64,000 bases of DNA from Azolla caroliniana (Eukaryota > Plantae > Polypodiophyta): NCBI GenBank assembly GCA_043228905.1, contig JBHGNT010000002.1, forward strand, positions 2,790,001-2,854,000, given 5' to 3'. The notes beneath the pieces are model-generated. The model made no database searches. It was not told the origin of the DNA and saw nothing but the letters and a program-made list of their open reading frames with translations. The first letter of the stretch is position 1, and every line of letters starts with the position of its first letter. Below, in pieces: positions 25,407-35,505 of this stretch. Made by a program: the position numbers and the translations under genes.

Positions 25407-25620
25407 CTTTATAAAGTAATTATACACTCAAAGCTACAAGCCCTATTTACCAAAGACGGAAGAAATGGACCCGAACTAACCCTATTTGCCAAAGATTTGA
25501 GTGTATAATTACTTTATAAAGTGTAATTTTTTGGACATGGGGGTAGTTTGGTAAATTTGGTACTTCCAGGGGTATTCTAGTAAATAGACGAACTTCCAGG
25601 GGTATCCTGGTACTTTTCCC
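25407..25620. mobile_element. Mutator-like (MULE) terminal inverted repeat or truncated MITE
   Basis: Minus strand starts GGGAAAAGTACCAGGATACCCCTGGAAGT with repeated TACCCC subterminal motifs. Perfect 26-bp inverted repeat at 25407-25432 and 25496-25521. LINE coding sequence abuts at 25621. Confidence 0.65.
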
Positions 25621-27562
25621 TTTTTATTACATGCCAGACATCTTTCACCCCCATTCGACCCATCAGCAAATCCCATGCAACTAGCTCAGCCCCCTACACC
25701 ACCATTGGCATACCCCCCACCTTGTCCTCTTTGTACAAAGTCATGTTAAAATCCCCAGCAAGGATCCATGCATGTGCAATCGGTAGGCCATCGACCAATT
25801 GCCTCAAAAAAAAAGGGCCCAGTTCTTTGACGAATTGGGTGCATACACATTTATTATGCCAATTGTACATTGGGACCATCTAATAGTCACATAAATGGCA
25901 CGTCCCTCCACTATGGTGTCCTGTCCCACCACAACGACATCTGAAGACTTCCTTATAGATGTACAAACACCCCCTTTCCTACCGTGCTCACCTTGAGTTG
26001 GGAACCAGAACATCCGCCAATCCCCCTCAAGAGGATTGCCAATATTCAAGCTCTTGTTCGCACTTAGATGGTGCTCTTGCAACAACAATATATCCGGGCC
26101 CCCCTTGAAACTTGGGGATTTGAACACCTGTCGGAAGTTCTTCCTCTCCAACATACATTTGTTACCCCTTAGACCTTGTATGTTCCACGTGAGTAATTTC
26201 ATGAAAACATGAGTGAAGTCTCCCATGACGGACATAACCCCTCCCCTTGAGTCCACGCCCAACCACCCTTACTGAGCCTCTCCCATGCCAACACAACATC
26301 CTGCCGCATTACATCCTCCATTTCCTCCTCATGGAAGTGCAACACCTCATCGAGGGAGTCTACCCTCTCTTCTATGCTTAGTAGCAACTGTTTTTTAATG
26401 CATGAGTCATTGACCCTCCCACAGATCATTTTAGCATTCATCCACATCACTCTACAGTTATCTCCATTTGAAGTGATGGGCAAATTGTTAAAGTACTTGT
26501 TCGCCCTACTGGTTATGGAACTCGAGATCCATTCCATGTTATTGGCTGAAATCTCCAGGTCTGCCAGGTCAAAGGATAAACAAGCATTTGGCAACTTGTT
26601 GCGTTCATTGACAACCACATAAACCCTCAGCCCCAGCCCTTCCTCATGACATAAGTCAATCAATCTCTTGAGAGCCTGTTGGCTAAACCTGCACCCCTTG
26701 TCGAACCTATCCCTTACTGCTCTTTTGGACTGAACAAATTTGACTAGAACTGGAGAATCTACGCCTAAAGTTACTTGTCTTGTCTCATGCAACTTCTGAG
26801 TTTTGGAACTAATTGGTGAGCTTTCTTGACCCCTCCTAGTGCGTAACCACTCTTTCACCGCTCTCAGTCTGATACTTCCACTCTTACCAAGCAAGGCATC
26901 ATGTGTGCACACTACCACCTCTTCAACATTATTTGAACTTTGATCCTGTAATAGATCCTCCTCTTCCAGCAATGCCTCAAAGTTATTCCTCAACCTTACA
27001 TGAGGCATAGTTGTGTTTCCTTCTTGCTGCAAGCGACTTTTTCGTCCCAAAACCAGAGTCCAAGAGTATGTATTAGCCTTCTCCTTCACTACCCTAATTA
27101 TGGGTGGGGGGTGGAGCTGATCTTGGCTCCACACCCCACCCACTCCCATTACCATTGATATTCCTAGGGCATTCCTTAGCAATGTGGCCCTCCTTTTTAC
27201 AATAAAAACATTGGCCATGTAAGCCCTCGTATTCCACTGCCACATCTATCAATCATGCTTCTACATCATGAACCTTGATTATAGGGGGGAGTTTGGACGA
27301 ACTTTGCACAAGCACTCTAACATTAGGGCAGTCCCTGACTCTATCTACCATCGTTTCCTTTGAGGGGCAGAATATGCCAATCTTATCCCCAATCTTTGGA
27401 ATCAAGGGGTATAATTGTCGAGGCAGATTTGGGAATATCATAGAAATCACCCGAGGGTTTCCAATTTTCTTGTCTTCCTCCATAGCATTGAAGTTAGCAT
27501 GCCACTCCAACAAAAGAGCTCTTCCATATTTGAGCTCTACAAATTTCATATCCACAATCCGT
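25621..27562 (-). mobile_element. LINE #2: ORF1 C-terminal part and ORF2 endonuclease
   Basis: ORF1 zinc knuckle VEYEGLHGQCFYCKKEGHIAKEC (about 27235-27165); EN motifs LLTWNIQGL, LLLQEHHL, INVYAPN, ILAGDFN. Frameshifted. Confidence 0.88.
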
Positions 27563-27870
27563 TGTTGTGAAGATTTCCGGCTTTGGTGTGAAACCAGGAT
27601 GGAATGGGCAAGGCGGCAATGTGCAACATGTGCACATGTATAGTAGGAAAATGGTGTATAGAATAAGGGGGAGAATTTATCCCACATTGTAACATCCCTC
27701 CCTCTTTGGGCTATAAAAGGAAGGGAATGGTCTCTTTTGAAGGGGTTGCCTATTTTGAGTGAGAGAGGTATACCACTTAGGTCGAGGGTTTCTATTTCGG
27801 TTTTAGGGTTTTATCTAGGGTTTTACTATTCTTCTTCTTCTTCATACCATTTTGGGTTTAGGGTTTCTTC

Positions 27871-28154
27871 TGTCGAATGCATGTATATAATGGACGTATT
27901 CACACTATCTCGTATTTGGCCATTCTTGTAATTAGCATAAAGGGTAGTTGCCCTAAGTCGGTCACTATATATAGTGACCTTGTAACCTCTTTGTGAGGTT
28001 GGCTGTTGTATTGTTGCTTTGTGTAATATAAAGTCTTTTGTGTCTCTCTCTCTCTCTCTCTCTCTGTGCAACGACCTACATTCTGTCATACACAGGGAAT
28101 AAACAGGAATCGAGTGCTTCAAGATCTTCCGCACAGACGACATTGCTTACAACA
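27871..28154 (+). repeat. 5' LTR of the intact copia
   Basis: TG..CA, base-for-base identical to 33040-33323; contains TATATATA and AATAAA. Confidence 0.97.
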
Positions 28155-28831
28155 TCTGGTATCAGAGCGAAGGTTCAGCCGTCATCACCGCCTGCACAGC
28201 ATTCGGTTCTTCACCTCATCTCGGCCTGCACAGTATCCGTGTCATTCGAAGAAATAGAGAAGAAGAACATAAACGAGGTTTGCACCTCATTGCGTTAGAT
28301 CCTCTTGCTTGGAGTAAGCCCACAGGTTGTACTCCGTTCCGTGTGATCGTAACCGCTCGAGGTGAAATCCCCTTGTGCAACTTTGACACGATCGTGCTCC
28401 ATTCGGTTAAACGGCATTCGAGGAGGTCATCAAACGCCGCTCGTTGTAACCACTCGGTGCAGATCGGTCTCAAGACAACAACCCTAAATTCGTGCTTCAT
28501 CCGGCTGATCGACATTCGAGAGGATCAGTTGGATCTGTCTCTCTCGTCGCTGCAGTCAACCGAAGCAGAATCGGTCCAGATAATCGGTTTCAATAATCGG
28601 TATTCGGCACATATATCCGAAGCGAACCGGGCTCACTCCGACTCGGCAACATTCGGGAAGACCAGTCGGCTCTGTCCCTCAAGTTACCGGAGTCAATTCG
28701 AGCAAGTTCCGAAGCCGAACCGACTCGGGTTCAAATCCGACTAGAACGATATCGGGTGAGCCAACCGGCTGCACTCCAACAAGGTTCGCAGTCAACTCTG
28801 AACCGAGCTTCGTCAACCGAAACCGAATTTG

Positions 28832-31800
28832 ATGGCATCAACATCAGGCTCGTCAGAAATGAGTCTACGAAAGTTCGATGGATCGAACTTCAACTTCTGG
28901 AAGGAACAAATGCAGGACTATCTCATAGTCAAGGGGCAAATCGACCCCATCGAACATGAAGAACCTCCAGAAGGATACAAACCAATTGAGTGGCAGAAGC
29001 TGGACAGAATCGTCCGCGCCACGATTCGGATGCACCTATCGGAATCGGTATACTTCACGGTGCAATCGTGTACGACAGCATTCGAACTGTGGAAAACACT
29101 GTCGGACACTTACGAAAAGAAGGTCGCCGCAACGAAGATGTTTCTGATCCGGCGCCTCTACAACTTGCGGATGAAAGAATCCGACTCGGTCCAAGCACAC
29201 CTCAATGAGTACGAAAGCATAAGCTCCCAAATCTCGTCACAGGGGACGGCAATCGAGGATGAACTCAGAGCAATGATACTCATGAGCAGCCTTCCCCCAT
29301 CATGGGAAACTTTCGTCACAACCGTGTGCAACGCGTCAACCACGGCTGTTAAATACTCCGAAGTCACGAGCGCAATCCTGACCGAAGCAGCTCGGAGAAA
29401 GTCTTTCGCCAAAGACTCAACAGACGACGCTTACGTAGTACAAGGTTCGACAGACCGATCGAACATACGAGGAAGAGATTCCTCACGACCGCCGAACAAT
29501 CAGCGAAGACGGAGCCAGTCACGGGACAACCGAATCTGCAACTATTGCAAGAAACCCGGACACATCAAAGCCGACTGCCGCGCACTCAAAAACAAGAACA
29601 ACAAGAAGAGTGGCCGGCATGAGGAGATCAACTACGTCAGCTTCTCAGCTGATGTGCTACCAGAAGACCCGAACATACTATCAATCGAAAATCCAGTTGG
29701 CTCAGAAGTTCTGCTCACGACTGAAGAATCGAGCACATGGCTCTTGGATTCGGGCGCGTCATTTCACGTGACTCCTCATCGATCCCAATTTCGGCAATAT
29801 ACGATCCGTCACTCCGACTCAGTTCGGGTCGGCAACTCACAACACTGTGACATCATCGGAATCGGCACAGTAGAGCTCAACCTTGCAGGTGGCTCTACAC
29901 TTGTACTCCACAATGTCCGACATGTACCCGAGCTCTCAAGGCCATTGATCTCAGTCGGACAACTAGATGAAGACGGCATTCGTGCCGGTTTCTCTTCGGG
30001 AGGGTGGACACTCCACAGGGGGAACCTCCTGCTTGCTAGAGGACCCAAGATACACTCACTGTATCCGTTACATGTTACGCTCAGAGAGGGTAACCTGTTT
30101 TTGGTGGATATTCCTGTGTCATCACTATGGCACCGACGATTGGGACACCTCAGCAAGGCCGGCATCACGCATCTATCTAGAGCCGGATACATCCCCAAAC
30201 TCTCCTTCTCCGACCATCAATTCTGCGAGCATTGCCAGTATGGCAAACAAGCCGCCGCATCACACCCGACATCAGCACCAAGAGAAACGAGACCTCTCGA
30301 CTTGGTCCACTCGGACGTCTGCGGCCCAATGCCGCATCAATCTCTAGGCGGTGCATCTTACTTCGTCACTTTCATTGACGACTCGACTCGAAAGGTGTGG
30401 GCGTATCCAATTCGCACCAAAGATCGTGTCTTCTCGATCTTTTCAGATTGGCTCGCTATGGTGGAAAATCAAACCGACCGAAAGCTGAAATGCTTTCGGA
30501 CAGACAATGGGGGAGAGTTCAAATCCGAAGAATTCGTCAAATTCTGCCGACAACGCGGCATTCGACGTGAATTTACGGCACCACACAGTCCGGAGCAAAA
30601 CGGGATTGCCGAACGCATGAATCGGACAATCCAAGAACGGATAGTTTCCATGCTCCAACACTCCGGACTGTCGGATGGCTTCTGGGCAGAGGCTCTACTC
30701 ACGGCAGTACACATAATCAATATGTCGCCAAGTAGACCTCTAGGACTTCAAATTCCTCAGGAACTATGGATCGGCAGCAAGCCGAATTACGACAAGCTGA
30801 GGATCTTCGGATGCGAGGCGTACGCCCTCATTCCGAAAGATGATCGCCGAAAACTTGCACCTCGGTCCAGGAAATGCATTTTCCTTGGATATGGATCCGA
30901 CGGCGAAATGGGATACCGACTCTGGGACCCCGAACGCAGACAAATCGTTCGAAGTTCGGACGTTGTGTTCAACGAGTCGGCTATGAATCCATCAGTCGAA
31001 AAACCGATCGAAGTCCGAAGGGTAACATTTTCCGATGTGCCGACCCTTCAAGAAGGCCCCGCTCTCAACACACGGTCAGCTCCACGGGTAGCTGAACCTT
31101 ACACTACCGACTCGGACAACTCCGACTCGGCACAGCAGACCAATCCGCTTTCGGACCATCCGACCACGATACCCGATGCGACCAGTCCAATCATGCCTCG
31201 ACGATCCGAGAGACTGTCGCAACCTCCGGAGAGGTATTCTCCTGGAATTTTCTTCACCGACGCCGGCGAACCGACGTCTTACGAAGAGGCATCGACATCT
31301 GTCGATTCAGCCACCTGGCATCTGGCGATGGAGTCGGAAATGCACTCCATTCGGGCAAACAAGACTTGGGATCTGGTCGAATTACCTAGGAACCGACGTG
31401 CTCTTCCTTGCAAGTGGGTTTATCGACTAAAAGAGACGTCAGATTCGACCACCCCAAAGTACAAGGCCAGATTAGTTGCGAAGGGCTTCCGACAAGAATA
31501 TGGCGTCGACTTCGACGAGATTTTTTCACCAGTGGTGAAAATGACAACCCTTCGTTTCCTACTCGGCGTCGTGGCAGCCGACAACTTGGAGCTGATTCAG
31601 CTAGATGTCAAAACAGCCTTCCTCCATGGTGATCTCGAGGAGGAAATTTATATGGAGCAGCCCAAAGGCTTCGTGGCCACCGGCCAAGAACATCTAGTCT
31701 GCCGACTCAGGAAGAGTCTATACGGCCTCAAACAGGCACCGCGACAATGGTACAAGAAGTTCGACGACTTCATCCAATCGATCGGCTTCTCCAAAAGCGA

Positions 31801-32845
31801 TGAGGACCATTGTCTCTTCACCAACACAGCTCAAGATGGTTCACCCATCTTCCTCATCATTTACGTGGACGACATGCTAATTTCTGGACGCCACGCGGGC
31901 GAACTTGCCGATCTCGTTCGGCAACTGCGGTTGAAGTTTGCCATGAAGGACCTCGGTCCGGCACGACACATCCTTGGCATGAAGATCAGTCGGCATCGCG
32001 ATAAACGACATCTTTTTTTGTCTCAGACCGACTATATCGGACGTGTCTTGGAACGCTTCAACATGCAATCAGCCAAATCTGCTTCAACCCCGCTCCCCAT
32101 GAATCTTCGGCTCTCTCAGCGAGACTGCCCGACATCCGGCCCGGAGGGGGAAGATATGAAGTCGGTACCGTATGCACCGGCAGTCGGCTCCCTTATGTAC
32201 CTGATGGTCGCGACACGGCCTGATATTTCTCACGCCGTAGGAGTCGTTAGCAGATTTATGCACAACCCTGGCCGATCGCATTGGAACGCAGTCAAGCATG
32301 TGTTCAGATATCTGGTTGGCACAAAAGACCATGGCATTCTTTTCGGTCCGAACCGAACCTCAGGCGTAGTCGGTTACACCGACTCGGACTTCGCCGGCTG
32401 TATAGACAGTCGGAAATCAACAACCGGATACTGCTTCAAATTCGGCAATGGAGCAATCTCGTGGAAGTCGAAACTTCAGGAGTGCACAGCGACCTCAACG
32501 ACCGAAGCAGAATATGTAGCCGCGTCCGACGCAGCAAAAGAAGCTTTGTGGCTCGGTCGGCTGGCGCACACGTTTCGACAAGTCGAACATGACTCGGCTC
32601 CAGTTATCTACAGCGACAGTCAAGGTGCTGTTGCCTTGTCAAAAAATCCGGTTCACCACAACGCCTCCAAACATATCGACGTTCGATATCACTTCGTTCG
32701 GGACTGCGTCATCTCAGGGAAAATCGGTCTAGAGAAAATATCCACAACCGACAATGTCGCAGATGGAATGACCAAGTGTCTCTCGGCAGACCGTTTTCGG
32801 TCTCTTCGGCATCAGATGGGCGTAACGACAAACCAGTCCGGTTAG
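28832..32845 (+). CDS. Copia Gag-Pol polyprotein (1337 aa)
   Basis: KFDGSNFNFWK, CNYCKKPGHIKADC zinc knuckle, WLLDSGAS protease, HRRLGH..CEHC, VHSDVCGP/RTDNGGEF/AERMN integrase, LDVKTAFLHG and YVDD RT, TDSDFAG..KHIDVRYHF RNase H; no stops. Confidence 0.97.
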   Translation: MASTSGSSEMSLRKFDGSNFNFWKEQMQDYLIVKGQIDPIEHEEPPEGYKPIEWQKLDRIVRATIRMHLSESVYFTVQSCTTAFELWKTLSDTYEKKVAATKMFLIRRLYNLRMKESDSVQAHLNEYESISSQISSQGTAIEDELRAMILMSSLPPSWETFVTTVCNASTTAVKYSEVTSAILTEAARRKSFAKDSTDDAYVVQGSTDRSNIRGRDSSRPPNNQRRRSQSRDNRICNYCKKPGHIKADCRALKNKNNKKSGRHEEINYVSFSADVLPEDPNILSIENPVGSEVLLTTEESSTWLLDSGASFHVTPHRSQFRQYTIRHSDSVRVGNSQHCDIIGIGTVELNLAGGSTLVLHNVRHVPELSRPLISVGQLDEDGIRAGFSSGGWTLHRGNLLLARGPKIHSLYPLHVTLREGNLFLVDIPVSSLWHRRLGHLSKAGITHLSRAGYIPKLSFSDHQFCEHCQYGKQAAASHPTSAPRETRPLDLVHSDVCGPMPHQSLGGASYFVTFIDDSTRKVWAYPIRTKDRVFSIFSDWLAMVENQTDRKLKCFRTDNGGEFKSEEFVKFCRQRGIRREFTAPHSPEQNGIAERMNRTIQERIVSMLQHSGLSDGFWAEALLTAVHIINMSPSRPLGLQIPQELWIGSKPNYDKLRIFGCEAYALIPKDDRRKLAPRSRKCIFLGYGSDGEMGYRLWDPERRQIVRSSDVVFNESAMNPSVEKPIEVRRVTFSDVPTLQEGPALNTRSAPRVAEPYTTDSDNSDSAQQTNPLSDHPTTIPDATSPIMPRRSERLSQPPERYSPGIFFTDAGEPTSYEEASTSVDSATWHLAMESEMHSIRANKTWDLVELPRNRRALPCKWVYRLKETSDSTTPKYKARLVAKGFRQEYGVDFDEIFSPVVKMTTLRFLLGVVAADNLELIQLDVKTAFLHGDLEEEIYMEQPKGFVATGQEHLVCRLRKSLYGLKQAPRQWYKKFDDFIQSIGFSKSDEDHCLFTNTAQDGSPIFLIIYVDDMLISGRHAGELADLVRQLRLKFAMKDLGPARHILGMKISRHRDKRHLFLSQTDYIGRVLERFNMQSAKSASTPLPMNLRLSQRDCPTSGPEGEDMKSVPYAPAVGSLMYLMVATRPDISHAVGVVSRFMHNPGRSHWNAVKHVFRYLVGTKDHGILFGPNRTSGVVGYTDSDFAGCIDSRKSTTGYCFKFGNGAISWKSKLQECTATSTTEAEYVAASDAAKEALWLGRLAHTFRQVEHDSAPVIYSDSQGAVALSKNPVHHNASKHIDVRYHFVRDCVISGKIGLEKISTTDNVADGMTKCLSADRFRSLRHQMGVTTNQSG

Positions 32846-33039
32846 AGCCGGACACAGAGCAGGATGGTTCCCGACAACCGACATCAGTTCCTTAATGATC
32901 GGCTTCAACTGTTCCGACCCGACCAGTTTCGGTCTTCTGTCTTCGGATCCTGCCGACTCGAACAAAGCTGATATGTCCGAGAACATAAGTCTATACCTGT
33001 AATCTTAGATAACCCATGTATACGCCCATTACGGGGGAG

Positions 33040-33323
33040 TGTCGAATGCATGTATATAATGGACGTATTCACACTATCTCGTATTTGGCCATTCTTGTAA
33101 TTAGCATAAAGGGTAGTTGCCCTAAGTCGGTCACTATATATAGTGACCTTGTAACCTCTTTGTGAGGTTGGCTGTTGTATTGTTGCTTTGTGTAATATAA
33201 AGTCTTTTGTGTCTCTCTCTCTCTCTCTCTCTCTGTGCAACGACCTACATTCTGTCATACACAGGGAATAAACAGGAATCGAGTGCTTCAAGATCTTCCG
33301 CACAGACGACATTGCTTACAACA
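33040..33323 (+). repeat. 3' LTR of the intact copia
   Basis: Identical to the 5' LTR; follows the PPT. Confidence 0.97.
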
Positions 33324-33604
33324 TCTTCTTCATCATCTTCTTTACTTTACTTATCCGAATAGGGTTTTCTTGTAGTCGTTTTGGTGTGGCCTATGCGGCC
33401 ATGGTTGTAATCGTTCGTGGAGTCTTAATATAACTTGTTGTGTATCTTGCCTCCATCTATCTTCTTGTTCCATCCATTCTATGTTTACGTCCTATTCTTT
33501 CTGCTCTCCTCTCGAGTTAAGCTTCCATTCCCCCTCTACTCCCTAGTCCAAGACCCCCGCGGTCCCGCCTAAGATCTTACACATACTCGCGGAATACCGA
33601 GACA

Positions 33605-33810
33605 CCGTGATACATCACCCCCCTCGACCACTTCAACATGGAAGAAATTTTGACCCATATTGTGCACATTTAGTATTTGCAGACCCTGATCCATAAGAGC
33701 TACTTGTAGCATGTCACGAATCATACCTCTATTAGGTCTACCACCAAGTAGCTTATAAATGAACGAGCATTTCCTTAAACTTTCAATCTCTGCCTTAGAA
33801 GCACCTTTTA
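33605..33810 (-). mobile_element. LINE #2 ORF1 N-terminal part (DUF4283-like)
   Basis: Reads KCSFIYKLLGGRPNRGMIRDMLQVALMDQGLQILNVHNMGQNFFHVEV and joins in frame with 27562 once the solo LTR is removed. Confidence 0.75.
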
Positions 33811-34729
33811 TTTAGAAAATATAACAAATATAAGTCTATACAAAATGTAAAGTTATGAGAGAAGCATTGTGAAAAGATATATGCATTGACTCATTGACCA
33901 TGAACTAATGGTACGACAATTGGATGTAATTGATTTTACACTCTTTTATAGTCATCCATGTGTTAAAAACAATTTCCCATGGATTATGAAGCTATAACAT
34001 AAGGCATAAGGAACATCCTTTGTGTTTGCTTAGATCACTAATACTACATTTTATACCTAATTAGTTATCTCTATATAACAATAGCTTAAATATTTTCTAA
34101 CTTAAACTCTAAAACTCTTTTCTAGTGTGGATCTCTCATTGCCTCCTTCGTAGAGCTTGGACCCTTATCTAATATAACATCCACGATGAGTGCAAGTTCA
34201 GAGAACTAACATGCATGCTCATCTACCTTGATCTTTTGAGAAGTAAGATTTTCTCTTCTCTTCGTACAATGTTTGGAAAGTTGATCCTTCCATTGAGGTA
34301 GTTGCAATCCATCTTCAATTGGATTGAATTGCTTGAGGTTCATTGGACCCCTAGCTTGATCAACATATAATTTGGGTTCCACCTCTCACACTTGTTCCAT
34401 CTTTTGAGATGGTTCATGGTAGATCTTCCATTTGAGATAAATGGACCTTTACCAAAATCGACATCTCGACTTACTAGTTGAATCATAGAGACCAATGGCC
34501 TCGACTCTAGGCTACATCCAACAGTGTGTCTATCGATCTTGGTTTTAGGGTTTATCTTAAACTTAAGCACATACACACAATGCTAGGGACATAATTGAGA
34601 ACAAGATAGAGTGGAAGAAATAGAATAAAAATAAGAGAAAAATAAAATAATAATGTAATTATATTAGCAAAAATAATAAGATTATAAGAATATGCTTGAC
34701 TAATATTGACTAAAATAATTTAAGCTTTA

Positions 34730-35505
34730 TATAAACAGATAACCTATTGGATAAAGCTTTGATATATACATTTCCAAAATTTGCTATGGGGTATAAAAAT
34801 GAGTAGGAAAATTGTTTGTTTCCGATGGTTGTTGGTTCATAAAGCTATACCAGTTAATGGGTGGCGAAAAGGAAATGTAGACAAAATGTGCCCTTTTAGT
34901 ACGGATTTAATAGAGAATGTTAAACATTGTTTGTGGAGTTGTGGTTTTGCTATGGACATATGGAAATGAATCATAAAATTATTAACTCCAGTATATCCTA
35001 GAGTAGTGTATACATGGGGAGCGGTATTACGGGTGGTGGTACATGATAAACCTATGGTATATGAACAGGAGGAGGTTGCGGATCCTATTGTGATGAGATA
35101 GGGTTTAATGGAAAACAATTTGATACCTTTGAATCCACAAATACAAACTGATAAACCTCAAATATGGCAACTGGTAGTAGTATTACAATTTGGTATATTT
35201 GGAAGGCTCGATGTTTGTAGGTATTTCAAAGTGTGACTGAAAGACCTGCCGAAATAATTTCAGGAATTTGGATAGAGATTGTGCATAACCTCAGAGGTTT
35301 ATTGGACAATATAAAAGGTAATACACACCATGCGGAGCTTAAGCATTTGGAGTTTCATGCCATATGGGACATACGTATATTTTATAGACGATTTTTTGAT
35401 AAGGTGGAGTGGTTTTACTCAACACCAAAATATTTATTTCAGGACAACAATGTTAACTTGCTTAACCTAGAGGCTAGAAATAACTGTGTAATTCCAGTCC
35501 GTTGA
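34730..35505 (+). mobile_element. 5'-truncated LINE 3' fragment (zf-RVT region)
   Basis: CFRWLLVHKAIPVN..CPFSTDLIENVKHCLWSC, IWYIWKARC, WFYSTPKYLF parallel the 3' end of LINE #2. Stops present. Confidence 0.8.

Larger units (their letters stand above)
27871..33323 (+). mobile_element. Intact, very young Ty1/copia LTR retrotransposon (Tnt1/Tork-like)
   Basis: Identical 284-bp LTRs (27871-28154, 33040-33323), TSD TCTTC (27866-27870, 33324-33328), PBS TGGTATCAGAGC at 28157-28168 (tRNA-iMet), PPT ACGGGGGAG at 33031-33039, single uninterrupted gag-pol ORF. Confidence 0.98.
27563..33604 (+). mobile_element. Solo LTR (about 585 bp: 27563-27870 plus 33329-33604) split by the intact copia insertion; 4-bp TSD CCGT
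   Basis: Termini TGTTGTG...CGAGACA; CCGT at 27559-27562 and 33605-33608. Removing it restores the LINE ORF1 frame (EGGDVSRIVDMKF). Confidence 0.82.
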
